A DNA stretch of 64,000 nucleotides from contig NC_081333.1 in NCBI RefSeq assembly GCF_022539665.2, positions 11,966,001 to 12,030,000 of the forward strand. The letters run 5' to 3'. A program made the position numbers and the translations under genes. Shown here in pieces: positions 50,301 to 64,000 of this stretch (position 1 is the stretch's first letter; each line of letters begins with the position of its first letter). A model generated the notes under the pieces. The model ran no database searches and had not been told where the DNA came from. It worked only from the letters and a program-made list of their open reading frames with translations. Source of the DNA: Daphnia carinata (taxonomy: Eukaryota).

Positions 50301-53300
50301 TTTTTTTTTCTAATCTGCTGAATGATAGCAAAGGGCTGCGCATTTTTTCTTTCCAGCTCTAACCAGAAACAGACAACAAAAAAAAAAAGGGGGAGGTTGA
50401 AAAGGACCTTTTGTCCTTACCACCACACGCCAGACTTCTCATGACGAAAGAAAAGGCAATGAAGAAGAAACTCGACTAAGCAACTGGGAACAATCGGCAA
50501 AAAGTCAGGAAACGACTTCTCTTTTTTACTTTGAAATGAAGGGGGGGGGGGGGGGGGCTGCTACTCGATATATTTACGAGCCCCACAAGCAGAACAGAAA
50601 ATGGCATGCAAGAATTGTTGAAGCCTTTCGGCTATTGGCGGAGGAAGATTCATGCACTCACGCTCTTATTCCCAATCAAATAAATCACTGGAAATGAGAA
50701 AAATGTTTGGGTTAAAAAAGAACAATTGAACAGCAAGGGTATCGGGACAAGTGAAGAAATAATTCCAGCAGCAGGGTGGAGGTTATGTTAAGTGAGGCGG
50801 ACACGATGTGAAATATACAGGTGAGTTTTTTAAAAACATGTTATGGAAGAATATCCATCTCCTTCATTTTCATCGACACTGAGAGGAAAACAAATATACG
50901 GCAAAACAAGAAAAATCCTGACCTTTTCATTTAAATATGTATGTATTCTCGATGGAGTTTTTTTTTTTTTTTCCTTTTAAAGAAAGAAATGCCAAAACCT
51001 CTTAACTTGTTATTCACTCAGTTGAAAGAAAAGATTGCTGTGAAAACGCACACACCTTCGGGAAAAAATGGGTTTCGTTATATGTAAAGATTTTTAGAAT
51101 TTTCAATACGTGGAAGAGGAAAAAGAAATAGACATATCTATATACAAATAGCTGTTTTTGTAAGTAGACGAGGGCTTGAGTGTGACGAATTATTTGACTT
51201 TGGTCCACGATTTGTTTTGGGTGGAAAAAAAAAAGGGCGGATGAGAGACAACACCGGAGGGGTTCAACGTGAAAAAGTTCACGAAGGAAGAGGCGAACGT
51301 TCATCGCCCTACGTCGCCACATGTGCAGCATTTGTCAAGCCTATTCTCCCGTCAAAGTCACGGCATTCCTCATTATAGCCGCAACCAAAAGCCCCTCGTC
51401 GCAAAGACATCGGCCAAAGAATTTCAAAAAAAAAAATAAAATAAAATGAAATAAAAGGAAAGAACTTTAAAAAAAAAATCCTCAGTTCTGTGTGAACTGT
51501 GTTATACATAGCTGAAGGACACGTGATAAATCAAAGCTACCCAACTCTTTAAGACCAACCTTTCCATCTAGTTCTCATATCAAAGCGGACAACTCGAAAA
51601 CCACAGTGACTCATTGCGAGCCAGAGGGGTCCCTTTTTTTTTTAAATTATATACACCTCATTCTTAAAATAGCAAAAATGAGGCTTTAATGATTGCGAGT
51701 AGCACTTCGTTGTTATAAAGGTAAATTCAGGTGTTGATCCGGATGTGGGCAAAACACGCGTCGTGAGCCGTTCAATCCGATTAGCCGGCTCAACTATTTG
51801 AGCTTACGTTTTCTCATCATCTTATTATTTGAATTGCTTTTTTTTTTCCTTTTTTTTTAACGATAATTCCAGTGTTTTAAAGTCAAAGGTAAGAAACGGG
51901 TATAAGAAACTCTTGAAAGGAGTTAGCCATTTAGTGAAATGCGCATGTGAAACAGCTCATTATGTCTTGTTTTGTTTTGTTTTGTTTTTTTGTTTTTTTC
52001 CGCCGTGGCGTAATGATCGGTTTCGGCGTATTTCGTTCTCTCTATTTTGTTTTTTCACGTTCCAGGAGGCAGAGCAAAAGGTTGTCTTTTTTTTTTTTTC
52101 GCTTTTGTTGTCTCTGATGCGTAATGGGGTTATTTACCAGAGGCGCCAACGAAAGGCTTGTCGCTGGCAATCATTACCTCCATGATTACCAAGCCTTCAT
52201 TCTTTTAAGTCTAGCAAAGAGTAGAGGATCTCTTTGCTGCCCATTTCGCCTCCCTTTATTTTGTCTACGCCGAAACGGGTCGAGTGTTTAAATTTAAAAA
52301 AAAACAAAAGCTTCTTGTTTTCGTTCTTTTCCTGTTTTTAAAAACCAAGTGTTGTTCTAGAGACAGAGACTCTTCTTTTTTTATTGTAACGGCCCGTTTG
52401 CTAAAACAAAGAAGAGTTAGCCTGATTCCCGTGCAAAGGCAAATCTATTTACACATTCCTCAAGAGATTCTCGTATTCTTTTGTTTGTTTGTTTTTTTGC
52501 TCAACCCGATTTTTTTGTTTCATTCATTTTCGATTCATCTTTGAGCAGAGGAGGTTGGCTCATCGGAAAAAACTCGAACCACACAGGAATGTTTTAACTA
52601 CATGGTTATGATATGCGTATGGAGATTAAGCAGGGTCTCTCCGGCTGTGAATCGACACGTTTCTCTTTGATTTTTCGTTCGTTTACACATCACGACACAG
52701 CTGACAGGTAGACAGTAGAAAGAAAATGTGGGAATTAGTCAGCCACTCAACTTGTAAGAGTTTTGAATGACGGCAATGCCTTTTTTTGTTTTTTCCTTTT
52801 AACCATTTAGAAACGAAGAAGAAACATTCCGTTCTTCGCCAAGGGGAAAAAAGAAAAAAGAAAAGACAATTGGAAATTATTTTTCTTTGATTGAACGTGC
52901 GCTATTGTGTCAGTCAGAACGAACGCGTTAAAAGAAAAAAAAAAACATGTTGGAAGGTTATACACACGAAGAGGTCATCACTGCCATTTCAGGATTTACA
53001 TCTTTCCTTCGAGTCGTGTTCTCTTTTGAAAGTCTTTTTTATTTTTAAATTTCTCCTTGTTCCCGCTCAATTTTTTTTTTTTTTTTCTGTGTGTGTTCAA
53101 CTTCAATGGCCTATTTCGGCCTGTCTATTTTCTAATAATCTGGTGTTTGTGTGGCCCCTCAAAAAAAAAATAAGAATCGATGAGGCACTCCTCGCGGAGT
53201 CATGGCCCATTGAACCGTTGGCTCTTACAATGTAGGTAGACGGTTAAAATGCATTTTTAAAAATATTTTTTACAAGTATATACGTGTAAGGAACGAGCAA

Positions 53301-53450
53301 GTTATTGTTCGTGCTCCGATCACGGGCCGCTCTTCTACCCGCAACGACGGGGGTGCCGACCAAATGAGACAAAGTTGTCAGCGGGGAGTCGCTGCATCGC
53401 ACACAGGGCACAAGACACGTAGATCCATTCAACCAACCGAGAGAAAGAGG

Positions 53451-53481
<31 letters not shown>

Positions 53482-56400
53482 TGAAGGGGGAGGCAAAAGA
53501 AAAAAATTTCGTTTTTTTTTTTTTTTTTTGTTATTGTTAGGGGGGAAAGAGAAGTCGCCATTAGGCCTATAACATTCAAGGAGCGGCTAGAAAAAAAAAA
53601 AATTCTTTCTCCCCCCCCCCTCTTTTAAAATGACAGGGGAAAGGGGGAAAAGGCATAGGTGAACAAAAAAGAAAAAAGGTAGTTTTACAGCATTTTTTTT
53701 TTGGTCGCGTATTTTCTGTGCTGCAATAATAAGAGAGACGGACATGAAGAGTGGGCGAGCGCGGCGTCGCGATCTGTTACACAGTGCGCATTCTCCGCCT
53801 CATAAATATGCAATAAAAAAGCCCGAAAATGCCAACTAATAGTCGCCCCTTTCTGCCCATTTTTCTTTCGGTTTTTATTTTTACTTACGTCTATCAGGGA
53901 GTCCGTTAAACTGAGAAGAAAACAGACGCACACACAAAGACCCAACCCTTTTCTCTCTGTGATAAAAAAAGAGAGAAAGGACATTTTTCTTTTTTTTTTT
54001 TTAGAGAAGAAGCAACAAAATCAAAATAACGTTATGCCTTAACACGACAAGGATTTTTTATTTTATTTTGGGTTGTTGTCCTTCTTTTTTCTTGTTTTCT
54101 GGCCATCAAACAGTATTTTTGTGTTTTCCCTGTTTTGAATATTTTACAACACGAACCACACAAAGAGCAGTTTGGAAATCGAAGAAGGACATCAGACGCT
54201 TTGAGCTCCGGTCAAAGTCAGTCAGTGTCAATGTTTATATGAAGTGGAAGGGGAGACAACCTTCGGCGTGAGCTTCTCCCGGCTCCAGCAGCCGTATTTA
54301 ATAACTGTATGCGAGCCGTGCGTAAGACGATCTGACAAAAGCGGACAAAGTTATGACATTTTATAAGCCTCTTCCACTTCTTCAAATCATTTCTTTTTTT
54401 GTTTTCAAGAACAAGAGAAGAAAAGAGAATTTTGAAATTTAGAATCGACAAGTAGTTCTTTTTTTTTTTTTTTTTTTTCGTGGTTTGGATTATTCCCGAA
54501 AAGAAAATGAAAACGGGATCGAAGACCAAAACAAAATGCTGCAGGGTATTTCTCAGTGACGTGGCTGTCGCCCGTCAGCGGTCTATTAGCCCCTTGTTGG
54601 GTGTGGTACTTATATAGAAATTCTGACGATGATGATAATCAGCTGATTAAATATATATATATTTTTTTTCATAAGAAAAAAAACAAAACAAAACAAAGGG
54701 GACCATTCCTGCTCCATCTGGCTGGCGCTTGTGATTATTACTCACGGTGAGAAGTTGGCGATAAAAAAAAATCCCAGTGCCATGGAACAACAACAACAAC
54801 AAAAAATAAATGTACCGGTTTTCAACGCGTCCGGCTATCACCTGCACAGCGTAAATGAAAACAGACGGTTGAATGTATCGCTCTCATATGTCTTCTAATA
54901 ACAAATAGTAGATCTTATTACATTTATATCTTTCCCTCCCCTCTCTCCCTCTCTTTCCATACCACCGTATCAAAAATCGTCATCCTGCTGGCCATGTATA
55001 GACAAAGTTAAAGAAAAACTTGCGTTTGTGTCTTGTTGACGGAGCTTAATTTTAACGTTAGTTTTCCTTTAGTTATCTTTAGTGTACATTTATTTTATAA
55101 GAGTCATCCCCCCGTGGCTCGTCTTCAAGGTTCATCCGCATCGAATAAATCCCGTGGCGCTATCAGGCCTCGCAGCTGCAGTTGGCGTGTATATACCCGA
55201 TTTGTCGTGATCGACGCACGAGATGTCAACGTTTCTCTTCTTCTCGCCACACAGCCGACGTCCTTCCAATAATGTACACCTTTCCTCCCTCCTTTTTTTT
55301 TTTTTTTTTTGTTTCTAATATGGCCGTGTCTTAATGACTCACTCGGCCATTTTCAAAGGACTTTCTCTATTTTTCTTTTGTGTTTTCGTGTTGTCGTTTT
55401 TGTTTTCCCGTTAGAAGGTCTTAATGTCTGTTATAAACTGTGATTGAATCCATTGTTCAAAGCTGTTTTGTTTTTTTTTCTGGACGAAATCCAATGACCA
55501 ACATTTTCCTTTTCTATCTATACTGTATATTTTAAAAAATATATATTTCGGTTTGTTTTTTGTTTTGTTTTTTTTCATATCTTTCCCGCCGGCTGATTGC
55601 GTCCATCACTAGCAGTCCCGTCTGGACATGAAAAAGAAAAAGAAAGAAGTTTTGGTACCTTGCCCACAAGGTCGTGATTGAGCTATAGCCCTACGGGTTA
55701 CATCAAGTTATGGTGCTGGCATCAGTTTTTGGGCCAGTGTACGATGGAAAAAGAAAAACGAATGACTGTCCAACTACAGCGCTCTCCCCTCTATAGTATA
55801 ACGGCCATGTTAGCCGAGCATGGACATGACAGACTCGATTTCTAGCTGGACAGTTATATACATGTGTGATTTCTAAACAAGTCGGGATATGTCATGCGCT
55901 GCTAGTGACATATCGTAAACGATGGTCAAACTGTTCGACGTCATTCCAATCATATTTTTTTTTTGGAAGGAATCGTTTTACTTTGAAAAAGAAGGTTTGG
56001 TCGTGTGACGGGCCAATGTTCGTAATGTACTCAACAGGTTGGCGGAGTCAAAGCCAAGGCCGTCAGATCCATCTTGCTGATCATTTCCATCGAGTCTATC
56101 CATCAGCCAGAAAATCAAACAGAAAATGTTTCTTTCAAAGCCTCTCTCCCTAACTCTACTGGCTAACTATTTAGTTTTATATTACGTTGGTTTTCGTTAG
56201 TTCCGGTGCCATACCCAGAATTTTTGAAAAAACAAATGGACTTCAAATTAGAATGTTATTAGTATTTACTAACTGCATTCTCTCGGCTATTTACCGTTCA
56301 TTCCAAAACTCATTTTTTGTTTTTCTAAAAGCACGTCAAGGTATTTTAATAGCCCACCACCGTAGGAACTCATTAACCTGATGAGCATAGAACGAAGGCG

Positions 56401-59400
56401 CTACATACTTAATCCTCGTGTGCTTTGCGGGGGGGGTGGAGGAGTCTTTTCATCTCGCATTGATTTAATACGAGTTACTGCCAGCCGTTGGACTTGGGAA
56501 AAGAAGACGGCCCAAGTCACGAGATGATTGGGGAAGAGCTTTTGTTTTTTTCCCCATGTCTATACCTTCTATATACATGTGCGTGTTAGCAGCTGTAAGA
56601 CACTATCCCCTTGATGAAGACGTTCGAAGCACACGGTGATCTATAAAAGCAAGACCCAAAATAACAACCCTAACAAGAAAATAGAGGGGGAGGCCTTTTA
56701 AGATGATGAAGTCCACCGGAAAAGACTCGCTTCTTTCGGTACGAACAACGAGAGAATGGATAGATTCATTTACCATAGCGTATATAGACATAGAGTTTAC
56801 GTTGTTAGGCAAAGAGAGACGCAAAGTAACTCAAGCCAAACAACGAAAAAGAGGTAAGGATTTATCTTCTCCCATTTCTTGATCAAACTCACGCTATGTA
56901 TACGGAAAGGGGTCGTCTGACTATCGAAGACAACGATGTGAAATTGTTATCAAAGATATTCTTCTTTATGTTTGGTTGGCTGGTGCCTTACGTCTACATA
57001 ATCCCCTTGATCTTTCCTTTTGCCATTCGATCGTGGGGAAGAAGAAGAAAAAAACACAAATCTAATCTATTATCGGTCCCATTAATAGATGGCCTTTGTA
57101 TGCGTCCCTCTTTTGTGTACCTCAAAGGACGTAGAGATGGAAGGCACACCACTAAACGACATCAACCGTAAGAGCCTAAAAAGACTAGCACTTAACGTCA
57201 GAACACGTGAAGCTATATAGACGCACATTGCTGAAATAACCTTGTCATATTACTGGGGGGTTAGCATTTCGTCCGTTTACAAAGTGCCCCCCCCCATCTA
57301 TTCTCCATAGATCGATACAAGTTCATTTACTTTCTAAAGACTACCCCCCCCCCCCCCTTCCTTGGTTTTTTCTGTCTAACGGACCACATACGTCTTGTTT
57401 CGGTTGAAGAATACCTGTTCTTTTTTTTTGCTACAAAATTCTACGATGTTTTTTTCTTTGGGGTCCAAAACAACAGCCCCCCCCTCCCCTGGTGGGTCCA
57501 AAAAATGTTTCAGTTTCATGGTCATAGAGGCCCCACAAAGAGTGAGATGTTACTATAGACACATCATCTATATTTTATTCGAATAATAATTTACTTAGAG
57601 GGACACGTTACAGAGTTGAACATGCCGAGGCATTGAATAGGGATGATGAAATAATGGAATGAACGACTCCGTTTACACTCTTCAATAGGCGAGTAAATTG
57701 AGAGAATAAGAGACCGCAACTCCATTGAAAGGCTACATGTTATTCAAATGAAGATATTAAAATCTATAAGATAAATCGTGTTGCGTATGAACGCGCTATC
57801 CGGGATAACCGATTTTTTCTTTTACAATTATTCATAATTCTTTCGATGTGAGTTGGGGGGAGAGAGAGAGAGAGAGAGGGCGATATGAAACAGGGGAGAG
57901 AAACGGAATTATTACACGGGTCGATGGAGGTCGCCAGAGGGGGGGAAATTTCCATGATACGATTTACGAGCGCCGTTTATTTTTTTCTTCTCGACTTGAC
58001 AAACGGATTATCCACTACCACCTTCTTATTCTCGTTCGTTTGGTCCTCATTTCGAGTCTATTGAACACGGCGTTTACATTCGAAAAAATGTCTTTATAAA
58101 GATGTTCTCTCATTCCCATAGAGTTTCAAATAAAAAAAAAAATATATCTTTAAAAAAAAAAGTTCGTATACAAGTCTTTTCCTGTGTTCAACCACCCGCG
58201 GCCGTGACGATACGTACAAACGTATGCGCAGCCCTGCAGTGAAATTCGTTCGGAGAATATGTTAGACATTACAGAACCTTTTCAATGTCAGGAAAAGTTT
58301 TCTTGCCTTCGTTTGACGGATGCAAACGTAGGCAACATAAAAAAAAAAAAAAACTTATATATTCCCCGTTTTTATACGTTCAGGTTAAAGTTATATAAAA
58401 AAAAAAAAAAAAGGGGCGAGAAGAAAATGAATTTTTCAAGTTTGTTTCTATGCTGGATGACGGCGAAAGAAAAATAAAAATTAATTCAGTATAAAAAAAA
58501 AAAAAGGGCGAAGATGGTGTGCGATGCCTGATCGATGGTCTCCCGGACCGCCCGGCCATAGGCCCGACATCCCCTATGTGACGTAACGTTCTCCCCTATA
58601 CGTTGATGAAGAAGAAATATCTTTTGAAAAATAAAGAATCTCTTTTTCATATACACAATTTTTTGTAAACAGCATGACGATTGAATCAACAGAAGGGGAA
58701 ATGCCTTCTACAAGTTGTAATAAAAATAGTTTTGGGGAACGGTGCCTTCGTTCTAGCGCGTACCAGGTGAGCCCCGAATGTCACATTTCTTTTTTTTTTT
58801 TTACGATTTTTAAATGATGGATAAAAATGTCTCGAAATGTGCGCGGAGAACATTGTAAAATTGTACGCATTTTTAATATTTTATTGTTACATCTCTATGG
58901 TATAGCCTTGTCCTTTATTTCCAAAAATTCAACAACAACTATAATAGACTGAAACTTGAAAACTTTGTTTGTTCAACAAGGTCAGTCAGGAGTAGCATCA
59001 GTCAAGATTGTCTGCGTGATTTGGACGCAAAAATAAAAAATAAAATCTACAGTTCATCTATGACAGTTAAACCCCAAGGCATGAAATGTTCTACTTTGGT
59101 ACACACACACACACACACACAACCGAAAGATTGAAAATGTAGGAACGACAGCGCACAGTAGACGCACGTCAAACTAGGATATGTTTAATCAAAGAGTAAT
59201 TCAACAAGTCGGAGAAGCAAGAAGATGGAATGGGACGGAAAGATGAAAAACGTGACACGTAGATAGCCCACAGTCAGATAGATACCCCCCCCCTACTCCT
59301 CCTTGCTCGTCGTGTAGCAAACAGAAGCGACACTCAACAAGCGCTTAATTACACACATCCGTCATCTACCACGTAAGAAAAGAAAAAAACGTATCAACTG

Positions 59401-60728
59401 CACCTGTTTCTTATCTGTCACCTGCTATGTGCCCTATATATTTTTTTTTTATAACTGTATGTTTCGTGAGTTATTTCTAAAGATATAAAAGTCAATCCTT
59501 AAGTTACAATCGTTTCTTGCCTCTTCAATGTCGTTCAACTGTGAATGTCCCTGATTAATTGCGGTCTCTGCACACGAGGAACAGGGTGCCTGCGAGTGAA
59601 ATAGAAGTTCCTTTTCAATCGGATTCGGTAGTGGGGAAATTGAATGTGTCACTTCATTTTCTAACTCGGCCATTTATCCGGGAGGGGAGAAAAGAGCCGA
59701 CAAGAGCCCCAACATGGAAATAAAAGGGAACCATCAGGACCAGTTGTGACTTCATTTTCGTGTGTCCGACATGTCGATGAAGAGGGCAAACTGCTGACAA
59801 GGACAGCACCCCAAATTGTACGTTGACAAAAAGTCGGTCAACATCCAAACGCAGCCTCCGGGAGCGTTTCTCCATCAAAGGGTCCCATGAACTGCTAAAC
59901 GATTTTGACGCTCTTGCATTTTCTTTATACCGCGTCCAGTGCTGGGCGAAACTCATTGCGCACCGTTCACAACCTGCTGTTCTGGCCTTTTCCTTTCATC
60001 TCTTTCTGAATGGCACTTGTTGAATTCTTCGTTCTCCGAAAATGTAATAAGATTCTTGTCAAATCGACAGTCTATCCAATGATTGCTAGTGCTTTCTAAG
60101 AACGTGTAAAAAGCTCCTTTCAATTAGAATAGGAAAGATTTCATTCACGTTGAAAAGACACATTCGCCCCGTCTCATTTAATAACCCAACCGAAAGAGCG
60201 GCCCGTTTTCTTAGCCGGACTGTTGCCTTGTTCTTTTCGCATGATGGAGTAAAAAACGAAGAAAATGGGGAAGTTCAACATCTCGAATAGAAAGAAAGAA
60301 AAAAAAAAAAAAATAGAAAGCCGAGACATCGATGAAGATAGATCGTCTGCGTGGGTTTGAAGCAGCGCGAAACATGGGCATATAACTACGGGCGGGTATT
60401 TTTTCTATATCCATTCGGGTAATCACTGTGTTACAGCTAGCACGAAACGGACAAGGAACAAGAGGGCCAAAAAAAAAAAAAAAAACGAATGGATGAGTTT
60501 GCGCTGCGCATTTTATTTCGTGTAGGGGGGAAGGAGAGAAAAAGATAAAAAAAAAAAAAATAAGGAAAGATATCTTTCAACCGCAGTTCACTCATATTCT
60601 GCCACGTAGGCCTTGATGGAGCAAGGCTGGCGCTCTATGGTCTTCTTTCCTTGCTAAACCATCGATATCTCTCGTCAGATGGTAATGGATGACCTAGGGC
60701 CGTCGTCGACCTTCTCTCTTTCTTTCCT

Positions 60729-60762
<34 letters not shown>

Positions 60763-63700
60763 GATAACTTATTTAGTGTTACAAGGAAGACGATGGCACA
60801 TAGGGGTGGAGACTCTCCTGTATCTTTGCTGGATTGTCCTTAACATAAAAACCAATGGCGATTGAACCAGCGAACATTCATCAATGGCATGGGGTGGTGT
60901 ATCGGCTATTTAATTTTTGTTTCTCTTTTGTTGGAAAGAATGCGGGATACGATCACGGGACATGCCAGATTCCGAGACAGTTAAGCCGTTGATATATTGC
61001 GCCAATGTCTTGTTTCTCTCTTATCGTAATCATCAATACTACTTGTACTTTATTATCCGTTAATTTTGAAACGCACCGAATAAATGGGCGCCCACTTCGA
61101 CTTATACGTTTATTTTTATATTGTCCTTGCACTTGCGGCCAGCACTTTATAATTATTACAAGAAACGAGAGTAAAAGCATGGCTAGTGGCTTGCGGCCAC
61201 CCTTCGTATATATATTTTTTTTATTTGCCGGAATCGTTCACTAAATAAAAGGCTAAACAATCTCTTGCTGTTGCGGGTTCTCTCTCCGCTTTTATTAGAT
61301 ATCCCTGCCTCGAGCTTATCGAATAATGAGTCTGCAGTTTTTTCTTGTTGTTTTTACAAAACAAAAGCCGACTACTTAACATTCTCAAACAGCACAAACA
61401 TGGAACAGAAAAACAAAAAACAAAAAAAAAAAAAATGAGCGATTGGAACGTTAAATATCCAGCTCGAAACATTTGGGACGCATCATTTTTCTTTTTTCCA
61501 ACTCATTTCCTTTTCTCGCGGAACATCAAGGAAAACAAAATCAATCAATAAAAAATTTTCTTTCACAAAACTTTCCTCCATAGCGGCAGATCTGTGTCTA
61601 ATTCTTTTTAATAATTCCCCGTGTCTTTTTTTTTTTTTTTTTTAAATAATGATCAGGTAGTTTTTGATTGGCGTCATGGGAGCCCCTGGCAGCCGCGTAC
61701 GTGGCTCCTCGCTACACCGGCAGCAACGAGCAGCGAAAACAGCAAAAGGGCCGACCGATTTCTCAGAACTTGTTGTCGCCCTCCGTCAGCATTTAAGCGT
61801 TACTATACAATTTTTTTTTTTTTTTTTACCCTTCGAATCAAAGACCTAATGAAGAACCATACCCAAAATAGGTCATTGAGATAGGGGAAAGTTTTCACGG
61901 CTACCATCACATTTATTTTTTCTTCAAATTGAAAAAAAAAAAAAAAATTAAAATTAAGGGGGAAAAATGGACAGGTTCTTCTATCGTGTTTTGATCGAGA
62001 AAAGAGCTGGATGAGATCCTGTACGTTAGTCTGATTGGACAGGGTAGGGTGAAATCATAGAAGAATTTTTAAATCCGTAAAGTTGTGTCTATACCCGAAT
62101 TAGATGAACATACGATTCGATTTGCTTAAACCTTTTTTTTTTGGGGGGGGGGAATAAAGGAAGACCATTTGGAAATGGTTTGACTCTGATTGAGAGGTCA
62201 AACTTTAAAAAATGCCAAAGAATCAACTGTAAAATCGTTTCCTTTTTTCTTTCTTCCATATTGAAAGTCAAACGATTTCGATTGTGCCATCTAAATTGCT
62301 CGGCGTAAAGGAGAACCCCCAACAATCTTTATTGGAAGCCTCTTTTCTCATGTGATCCGATATCTATTATCTATGCTCGTTTAAGGGGGGGGGGACAAGT
62401 AGAAGAAGAAGAAGAAAAAATAAATAAATAAATAAAATTGGGGTTCTAGCAGCAGCCAATGCCAACAACGCGCTAGATTGATAAATGACTCTAGAGGGCA
62501 TTGTAAAGTCCCCCCCCCCCCCTGTCTATATCTTTCGCTCTTCTTCCATGCACTTTTTTGTATAGACCTCAGGTTGTATACAACAATCCTATCTGATTGG
62601 CAGCCACCAGAAAAGACTTTGTTCTTCTCTTTTCGGTCGTGTGCCCCATGTTGCCCTTTAGAGTCGGAAAAAAAAAAAAAAATCTATATAGGTACTACAC
62701 ATCGATGCGTTTCATCTTTTAATGTGTACACGCATGTGTGTGCTACTCACACACACACAAAGAAAAAAAAAATAGCCCTATAGCAATAGATCAATGGGCT
62801 GACAAGTTTTTATATTTTTTTACAAGGAAAAAAGGTGCGAAACAAAAAGTGGCAGTGGCTTTCGCTGCGTGAAATTCAGGTTATCGTGTCCAGGGGGTCT
62901 TGTCTACTCTATATGCATACACCTAGAATATATATAGATGAAAATGTCCAGCATCTGTTTTTTTTTTTTTTTTTTTTTTCAAAATGCTCATCGTACTATC
63001 TGCTCTGCTGATCGCCCCCCCCCCCCATTGGATTCTGTTTCCTTATTCGAAAAATGGTAGACATTTCACACCATTTGTCAGAGTCCTCCGTCTTCATTGA
63101 AAAGACACCGTCGTTTGGGAACACACGAGTCCTCCGCATTCCTCGGCTTGTTCCAGCAGTTTACTGCCGTGCATCTCTGGGATGCATCGATATATTCACT
63201 GGACATTATTTTAAACATTTTTTTTTTTTTGGTTGAAAGTTTGGATTCTCGATGTGGGCATTTGTGGGTTCCCTATTTTGACCGAAGTCTTTGGTAAAGG
63301 TCGCAAAGGAGGCCCTGATGTGTTCCTCCTGCGGCGAACACAATGTCCACGATCTTCCATTTCTTTCCAATTCATTAATAACAATTAGTTTGTTATACGA
63401 AATGTTCTTTTTTTTTCGTTTAACATTCCCAAATGAAAGGGCACTCAAAATTTTCAATTACGCGATTAAACTTTAAGAGAAGAAAAGAAACTCGTAAAAA
63501 GTTTAGCGCTTAAAAGAAGCAGCTGGACAGCGTTCAGGTAGCAATTGAACTTCCCCATCAACATCAACTCCCCTTTAAATCCAGAAAAGGGAATTCAATT
63601 TTTTTTTTTTGTTTTTTTTTTTTCTTCCCTATTCACAGCTTTCCATGGCATCCGTAAACTCCATTGATCAGAAGAGGATTTCAAGCTTCAATCAGTGGGC

Positions 63701-64000
63701 ATATATAAACAAAAGCAGCTAAGCCTCTTCTTTCCGATAATGTCGTCTTCCTTCACAGCCCTAGCCGAGAAATATGTCTTGTGGACTGATCCGGATTTGA
63801 GCTGCTGGACAATCCAATCTTATATACGTCTCCCGACTCTGTAAGTCTACCACAGCAATCATCGCATCCGTTTGCAGCATAATCCTTCACTCGACAATGT
63901 CCTGCAAGTTTCTCTCAACAATGTCGAATTCACGCCACATTTCTTTTTTGTTTTTTTTTTTTTTTTTTGCCTGCTCCAACAGAATGATATCTCGCGCTTA
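44309..64000 (-). other. Probable large intron of the MACIT collagen gene
   Basis: The most 5' exon found starts in phase 1 after a polypyrimidine-AG, so an upstream exon is required. No convincing coding exon was seen in ~20 kb of homopolymer-rich sequence. Small exons could have been missed. Confidence 0.6.

Noticed and set aside
55655..55700. Candidate Cys-containing upstream collagen exon (..RPCGQG|GTACC, minus strand)
   Set aside because: Weak acceptor and no CxCP motif typical of MACIT NC1; insufficient support.

Overview
AT-rich eukaryotic (arthropod) genomic DNA. Compact ~60-nt introns and many homopolymer runs suggest a Daphnia-like crustacean (inference). Three intron-rich protein-coding genes can be reconstructed by hand: (1) an ODR-4 homologue, + strand, 17704-19665; (2) a convergent tolloid/BMP1-family astacin metalloprotease, - strand, 28109-20030; (3) the 3' part of a MACIT-type collagen (COL13/23/25, col-99-like), - strand, about 27 small exons from 44308 to 33912, whose 5' exons were not found. 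There are also two non-coding transposon-like elements. The most unusual object is a ~6.7-kb element at 664-7390. It is bounded by perfect 21-bp terminal inverted repeats, has no transposase ORF, and contains about 13 tandem ~357-bp units. Each unit pairs a TIR-related motif with a degenerate tRNA-like (Pol III A-box/B-box) cassette. An inverted copy of the same module sits in the left arm with identical 54-nt spacing. A second palindrome-rich MITE/foldback-like element lies at ~29.7-31.6 kb. Most ORFs in the six-frame track are spurious.
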